From the human T2T-CHM13v2.0 reference genome, Homo sapiens: a stretch of DNA of 64,000 bases. Positions 57,725 to 64,000 of the stretch are shown here, in pieces. The translations under genes and the position numbers were made by a program. Where the stretch lies: the NCBI RefSeq assembly GCF_009914755.1, contig NC_060928.1; one strand, 5' to 3'. The notes beneath the pieces are model-generated. The model saw nothing but the letters and a program-made list of their open reading frames with translations, was not told where the DNA came from and ran no database searches. Each line of letters begins with the position of its first letter. Positions within the stretch are counted from its first letter, which is position 1.

Positions 57725-58831
57725 ATGTGCTTGCTGCCCCGCGGCTTCGAGCCCCAAGCTCCCGAGGACTTGGCGCAGCGGAGTTTGGTGGAGCTGCGGG
57801 AAATGTTGAAGCTCCAGGAGAGACTTTTGCGCAACGAAAAATTCATTTGCAAATTGCCCGACAAAGGTAAAAAGATCTTTGACTCTTTTGCCAAACTGAA
57901 AGCCGCCATTGCAGAATGTGAAGAAGTTAGAAGAAAAAATGAACTGTTTCACCCTGTTAGTTTAGACTGTAAGCTAAGGCAAAAAGCAATTGCAGAAGTT
58001 GATGTGGGTACAGATAAGGCCCGGAATTCTGACCCGATACTTGATACTTCATCACTAGTTCCTGGATGTTCCTCTGTAGATAACATCAAGTCATCTCAAC
58101 CCTCACAAAACCAGGGACTTGGACGTCCTACTCTTGAAGGTGATGAAGAGACTTCAGAGGTTGAGTACACAGTGAATAAGGGCCCAGCTTCCAGCAACAG
58201 AGACAGGGTACCACCTTCATCTGAAGCTAGTGAGCATCACCCGCAGCATCGTGTTTCAAGTCAGGCAGAAGATACTTCCAGCAGCTTTGACAACCTGTTT
58301 ATTGACAGGTTACAGAGGATCACCATTGCGGACCAAGGTGAACAACAGTCAGAAGAAAACGCAAGTACTAAGAACTTGACAGGCCTTTCTAGTGGGACTC
58401 AGAAGAAACCTCATTATATGGAAGTGCTAGAAATGCGAGCCAAAAACCCAGGGCCCCAGCTGCGTAAATTTAAAACCAATGTGTTACCTTTTCGACAAAA
58501 TGATTCATCTAGTCATTGCCAGAAGAGTGGGTCTCCTATTTCCTCAAAAGAGCGGCGGCACAGGGATAAGCAGCATCTTGATGACATCACAGCAGCTCGG
58601 CTTCTACCACTTCACCATATGCCCACGCAGCTGCTCTGCATAGAAGAATCCTTGGCACTTCAGAAACAGCAGAAACAGAATTATGAGGAGATGCAAGCAA
58701 AGCTCGCAGCGCAAAAATTAGCTGAAAGACCGGATATTAAAATGCGGAGTTATAATCCAGAAGGGGAGTCTTCAGGGAGATACCGAGAAGTAAGGGATGA
58801 AGATGACGATTGGTCCTCTGATGAATTCTGA
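57725..58831 (+). CDS. GCOM2: Intact 368-aa Gdown1 (RNA polymerase II subunit M)-like ORF; expression unproven
   Basis: [28 protein letters not shown]...[10 protein letters not shown]...DDDWSSDEF; no stop or frameshift. Confidence 0.85.
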   Translation: MCLLPRGFEPQAPEDLAQRSLVELREMLKLQERLLRNEKFICKLPDKGKKIFDSFAKLKAAIAECEEVRRKNELFHPVSLDCKLRQKAIAEVDVGTDKARNSDPILDTSSLVPGCSSVDNIKSSQPSQNQGLGRPTLEGDEETSEVEYTVNKGPASSNRDRVPPSSEASEHHPQHRVSSQAEDTSSSFDNLFIDRLQRITIADQGEQQSEENASTKNLTGLSSGTQKKPHYMEVLEMRAKNPGPQLRKFKTNVLPFRQNDSSSHCQKSGSPISSKERRHRDKQHLDDITAARLLPLHHMPTQLLCIEESLALQKQQKQNYEEMQAKLAAQKLAERPDIKMRSYNPEGESSGRYREVRDEDDDWSSDEF

Positions 58832-59460
58832 AGATAATCTCCTAAATCACTGACGTTGAGATGTCATCATCTTACATCAGACTTTCTAACTAGTATCAAG
58901 ATCAGTGTCAGATATTGTTGAGGGAGGTAATTTTATAAAGTTACACAAAGGTAGTTATAAAAAAAAGCCCAGTTTGTCTTTCAGAAGATGACTTTCATGT
59001 GCTTGAAAAGTTTAATATTTGAATATGTGTTTAACCACATGGTATTAAAATTTTGCAATATATTGTGTATTGGTCTGATATTTTAGTATATAGTAGAACG
59101 TACTTTTTTTTTCTTTGAGCCAAATGAAAAGAGGTAACTTTGCTTTTTTCCTTTTTCTTACCTATCAAATAGCATTTATTACATGTCTTTCAGTGAAATA
59201 CTTAGTTGTTCCAGGCACCTAAAATCAATTAGGAAGACATAGTTCCCTTCTTTTTTGGGTAATGAAGGGAGCAGTCTAAAGAACTGTATGCATGTTTGCA
59301 TGGGGTTATTGAGACATTGAATGTGAAATACCTAGGAAGACATACATGGAGAATGCTTAACAAATGCTCTTCACCTTTTTCTGTCTTCCCTTAGGAAGAA
59401 CGTTATCTCTCTTCTGATTAGGAAGGACTTCCCTTTTGAGTAGATGTTGGAAAATGGAGG

Positions 59461-59568
59461 GTTTTTTTGTTGGTTTGTTTGTTTGGTTTTGTGTTTTTTT
59501 TTGAGACAGGGTCTTGCTCTGTCGCCCAGGCTGGAGTGCAATGGCATGATCTCGGCTCACTGCAACCT
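59461..59568 (-). mobile_element. Alu fragment within the retrocopy 3'UTR
   Basis: tttgagacagggtcttgctctgtcgcccaggctggagtgca. Confidence 0.85.
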
Positions 59569-61741
59569 AGGTGGAGGTCTTTTTAAATAACCTCATGTTA
59601 CTTCAGGCAAATCTGGTACAGGAGAAGCCCAAGCTAACTGAGCTGGGTGAAGGCTTGTGCATCACCTGGCTTGAGTTCCTTGCTGTCACAGATGATAGGT
59701 TCATGTACACAACATTAATGTTTGATAAGGAAAGCATTTTTTTTTGTTAAAATTGAATTGTCAGTACTTTACTTTTTTCCTTCCAAAGAGGTATATATAG
59801 ACTGCAGAAACTTCAGTCCCATATATAAACGTTCATGTCATTTTAGAGGATTATATGGTTGTCTCCAGAGAAATTAACTTACATTATCAAAAAATTCTTT
59901 GTCTAATATATTGGAGTCTTTAAAAATGTTGAAGAATAAAATATTAATTAGAACAACTTCAAATGCTAAGGTGATGTTTTACCGGGACTTAATTAAATAT
60001 AACTTTTTCCTTTCGAAAAAGACTGTTCACATTTGCTTCCAGGTGTAATTATTGCTTTCATTCCTTACCCCCCTCAAGCAAATGTGAAAAGTATACTGAC
60101 CTAAGATTCTCATTAGTTTTAATTCTTAAAACGAATAGTAAATGATTTCACAGCGTAAAATTTGATGTTATTTCTGGAAGCTGGATGATATGGAAGAGTT
60201 CATGTGCCTGGACACACAGTTCCCTGTAATCCTACCATCTAGGGAGATAACCTCTGTTAACATTTTGATGTTGTGTTTTTGCTTATTTTTCTATGCATAG
60301 TTATGCATTTATATTCTCAAAAATGAAATCATAATGTACATTGCTTTGCAGTCTGCTCTATATATTGTCAACATGTTCCCATATTAAATATTTTGCTTTT
60401 TAGACAGCTGTAGGATATTTTATTTCATGGGTATACCATAACTTTAAGATTTATTTCCTATTCAGCAATTTGATTATGTATTATAATGTAATCTGTAAAT
60501 AGTGATATGATTAACATCTTAATCACATCCATAGAAAATGACTTATTTCCAGAAGATACTGCTCTAAAAATGAAATTGTTAGGTGAAAGTGTTTTTGAGA
60601 ATTTTTATATATATTACTCACTGCAGAGATCATGTTCATTTACATTCCCATTAGCAATATATCCAATGCTCAGAATTGAAAATTACTACTTAAAATCTTT
60701 GCAAATTGAATAATTACAGAAAAGGGTTACATTTAAAATTTGTATTTGTTTTTCTTACTTAGTGAAGGTTGTGTTTTTTTTCATATTCATTGGCCATGCT
60801 ATATTCATTCTTTTGAGAATTGCTCATTCATATTTTTTCTGTTGCTTGCTTGGAGAATTTGCTCTTTTTTTGGCATATAAGTTCTTAAGAATGTCCGTCC
60901 TTTGTCATATATTGTAACTTTTTTTAGCCTTGTCATTTAACATAGTTTGTGATATTTCAGTATAGAAGTTGTTTTCTTTAGGAGTCTACCTTTGTGTATG
61001 TGCTTGAAACTATTTTTGTAATCCAAGAATGGATAAATGTCCTTATTTTCTTCTAGTATTTTCTTATTTCACTTTTACACCTGTCTTTAAAAGGAATTTA
61101 AATTTTGTTTATATACATTAACTAAATCAATACAAGTTTGGGGTGAAAAGGAAATTTTTAATCCATCTCAAATGTATTTGGGTATATTATATAAGGTAGG
61201 GATTTGATTTTATTTCGAAGAATTTACCAATTGGTTCAGTATGTGAAACCACCATTTCCCCTCTGATTAGTAATGCTATTTTTATAGAATATTAAATTCT
61301 TATGTGTCTTTTGTGTCTTAGGCCAATTTCTGGGCCTTCTGGGTTTTTCTATACTGTCAATAATTATCGCTTTAATTGGTGTTAATATTTGGTAGTACAC
61401 AGGTTCTCCCTTGTTCTTTTAAATTTTGTGAAATATAACTTACAAATAAGTACTTAAAACAGAGTTTAATGGGTAAAGCAACAGCTGTGTAATCACAAAC
61501 TAGATGCAGAGGAGGTCTTGCCAGCACTCCAAAATCTCTGTGTGTCCCCTCTTGACACTCACTGTTTCCCCGAGAGCTAACTATCCTGACGTACGGTAAT
61601 TCTCCCTCTGTTCTTTTAAGAATTATTTTACCAGTTATGTGTATAACAATATGGTTTACATTTTGCTCACTTTTGACTTATATAAAAATAGAATAATACT
61701 AAAAAAAAAATCTTTCAAACATGAAATAAAACTAAACTTAC

Positions 61742-61752
61742 CAATTCATCAT
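61742..61752 (-). pseudogene. TMPRSS11GP: Predicted exon 1 coding part, ATG ATG AAT TG|GTAAGT (MMNW)
   Basis: Consensus donor; phase 2 joins exon 2 (TG+G=W); mirrors the short M(M)Yx first exons of TMPRSS11 genes. Confidence 0.7.
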
Positions 61753-61864
61753 ACACTTTTGAGAATGCCAACTCTTCTACGTCGTGCTGCTTTGTGATGT
61801 ATGGTCAAATGAATAGTATCTTCGGTATTCTTTCTGACTTGTAACCTGACTAAAGTAAGAATAC

Positions 61865-62100
61865 TTAAGGATTTAAAAGAAACTAGTTTAACAAGTTGGG
61901 ATGAGTAACCTTTAACCAATATTGAGGTGAAGAATCCTTGATTAAGTCTTTGCTGCAGGAAGTAAGAATTTCCTCTTTCTGGCTAATTAAAATTAAGTGA
62001 GAAACAATATCAAAGTTTCAAACCTAAGCAACACCCTCAAGTACTTTCAGAAGTTTTGTATTTGTCTTTCAAAAGGTGGTGCTCTTCATTCTGAGTCAGT
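61865..62100 (-). promoter_or_regulatory. Candidate promoter of the protease pseudogene
   Basis: TTTAAAT TATA-like box (~61871-61877), AP-1-like TGAGTAA (61902-61908), perfect AP-1 TGAGTCA (62092-62098). Confidence 0.4.
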
Positions 62101-62371
62101 ACAAGTCTGGTCTCAGGCCCTGATATTCATCTCTTTCAGAGGCAAGATTTTAACACACTAGAGGTTTTCATAAAACATTCTATGGCCCTTGATTTGCTTT
62201 TCTTCAGGCAATGATACTTGTGCTGATGATATCTGGCCCGGCAATTCATTTGTGTCTGTTCTTAAGGAGGAGCTGCCTTTAAGGTAGAAAAATTAAAATA
62301 TATTTTGAACCAACTACCTTTTCAAAGGGCTTCATCAGCTGATCATCATCTGTCTATATGCTTACAGTTTA

Positions 62372-62394
62372 TTAGGTTGGTGCAAACAACCTAA
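62372..62394. mobile_element. Collapsed MADE1/mariner TIR remnant
   Basis: ttaggttggtgcaaa-caacctaa inverted ends. Confidence 0.55.
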
Positions 62395-63019
62395 TAGCTA
62401 CACTATCATCGCATTCTTTGACTTACCTGAATTTGTTGTTGTTGTTGTTCTCAGTCTAGGCTTTTTCACCCCCACTGAGACTTTGCCCCTTGTTCCTATA
62501 ATGTTTTTTCCTTCCTTTGTATTACAGTTTTCAATTCAAAATGCCTCTCACTACAAGGTTCAAGTCATTTAGTTAGAACCTGTCTACACAGGGTCCATGG
62601 ACTCTGAAAGCCTGCGCTCAAAGGTTAATTCCTGCAGGATTATTTCCATTAATTTCCCCAGCTTCCATACTATCTGTACAACCCATTACCCACACTTTCC
62701 CCTCAAGTAGGCTTCTAGTTTTAGTTTTGCTTATTTTCAGATTTATATACCCATTTCTCCTGTTAGATATGAATGATTTGAGGTTCAAAACTCTGATGTC
62801 TTCATATGCACTTACCAGCACCTCTGCAAACACTGTGGCATTCAATACTTACTAAGTCTTTCTTTTCGTCATGTGACAATTGATATTCTCATTTATTTTT
62901 CAGCCTTTCTTTGATTTTGAAAAAAAGTTTTTGGTAAAACAGAAACATATGTTAATTACAATTAATAAATGAACACATAGAAAAATGTTCCAATGATTAA
63001 TAAGTACATAATTCTAAAC

Positions 63020-63718
63020 TTATATCAATTTTCTTTACTATTTAACAAATTCCATAAACTTAACCACTTAAAAACAACTGCCTCTTATTTTCCATTTCTA
63101 TTCTGTAGATCAGAAGTTCAGGCAAACTCAACTTTGTTCTCTGTTCAGGGTCACAAATGATAAAAGTAAGATACGTGTCTGGCTAGGCTTTAATCTGGAG
63201 GCTATGGTGAAGAATTATACTTCCTAGCTCATTCAGGCTGTTGACAGATTTCAATTCCTTGCAAAATGGACTAAAGTCACTTTTTTCTTGGTCACTGTGA
63301 GTCAGGACTGCCCTCAGCTTCTGGAGACTGGCCACACTCTTTAACAAATGGCTCCTTCCATCTTCAAGTCAGCAATAGTGCATATTTTGAAACTCGCAAT
63401 CTCTGACTTTTCTGCTACTAGGAAGAGAGAATTATCTACTTCTAATGGTTTTCATGCTAATGTACTAGATTAGGCTCACCTGGGTAATATTCTTTTTGAT
63501 TAACTCAAGGTCAACTGATTAATAACTGCTATAGTCTGATTTTTTGTCTTCCCCTGCTCCCAAATTCATATGTTGAAAATCAAATCACAAACGTGATGTT
63601 ACTGGGAGGTGGGCTTTTGGAGGTGAATAGATCATGAGGGTGAAGCCCTTCATAAAAGAGGCCTTAGAAATCTGTCTTACCCCATCCACCATGTGAGGAT
63701 ACAGTAAGAAGGTGCTGA
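63020..63718. mobile_element. MLT1-family MaLR LTR fragments
   Basis: aaattccataaacttaac..cttaaaaacaac...; ccaaattcatatgttgaaa..gatcatgagggtgaagccct. Confidence 0.6.
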
Positions 63719-64000
63719 CAATCCCATTACTGGGTATATACTCAGAGGAAGAGAAAGCATTTTACCATAAAGACACATGCACAAGAATGTTCACTGCAGC
63801 ACTGTTCACAGTAGCAAAGACATAGAATCAACTAAATTCCCATCAATGACAGACTGCATAAAGAAAATGTGGTATATACACACCATGGAATATTACACAG
63901 CCATAAAAAAAGTGAGATCATGTTTTTTGTGGGAACATGGATGGAGCTGGAGGCCATCACCTTTAGCAAACTAGTTCAGGAACAGATAACCAAATACCAC
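63718..64000 (+). mobile_element. L1PA 3' ORF2/UTR fragment, runs off the window end
   Basis: caatcccattactgggtatata...aagaaaatgtggtatatacacaccatggaata. Confidence 0.9.

Larger units (their letters stand above)
57596..61703 (+). pseudogene. GCOM2: Full-length processed (retrotransposed) copy of POLR2M/GRINL1A mRNA (GCOM2/GRINL1B/POLR2MP1-like)
   Basis: GC-rich 5'UTR, intronless CDS, ~2.9 kb 3'UTR, poly(A) at 61701-61710, TSD aaa(c/a)aaatctttc at 57583-57595 and 61704-61716. Confidence 0.9.

Overview
Primate (most likely human, 4q13 TMPRSS11 cluster) AT-rich genomic DNA dominated by interspersed repeats. I can rebuild by hand a complete 10-exon type II transmembrane serine protease (HAT/DESC family) unprocessed pseudogene on the minus strand, most similar to TMPRSS11G/DESC4 (TMPRSS11GP), spanning about 10838-61752. 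Its cytoplasmic, TM and SEA exons splice into an open frame. The protease exons carry two 1-bp deletions, one nonsense codon and an apparent 9-nt in-frame deletion. Its ~27 kb first intron holds, on the plus strand, a two-LTR HERV-H provirus (50126-56756). About 840 bp further on is a full-length processed copy of POLR2M/Gdown1 (GCOM2/POLR2MP1-like) with an intact 368-aa ORF, TSDs and a poly(A) tail that ends ~25-35 bp from the protease exon-1 splice donor. Also present: a U6-L1 chimeric retrocopy nested in an older L1, an ERVL LTR with internal remnant, THE1/MST/MLT LTRs, Tigger/MER DNA transposons and many Alus. Gene and repeat family names come from recognition and memory, not database searches.
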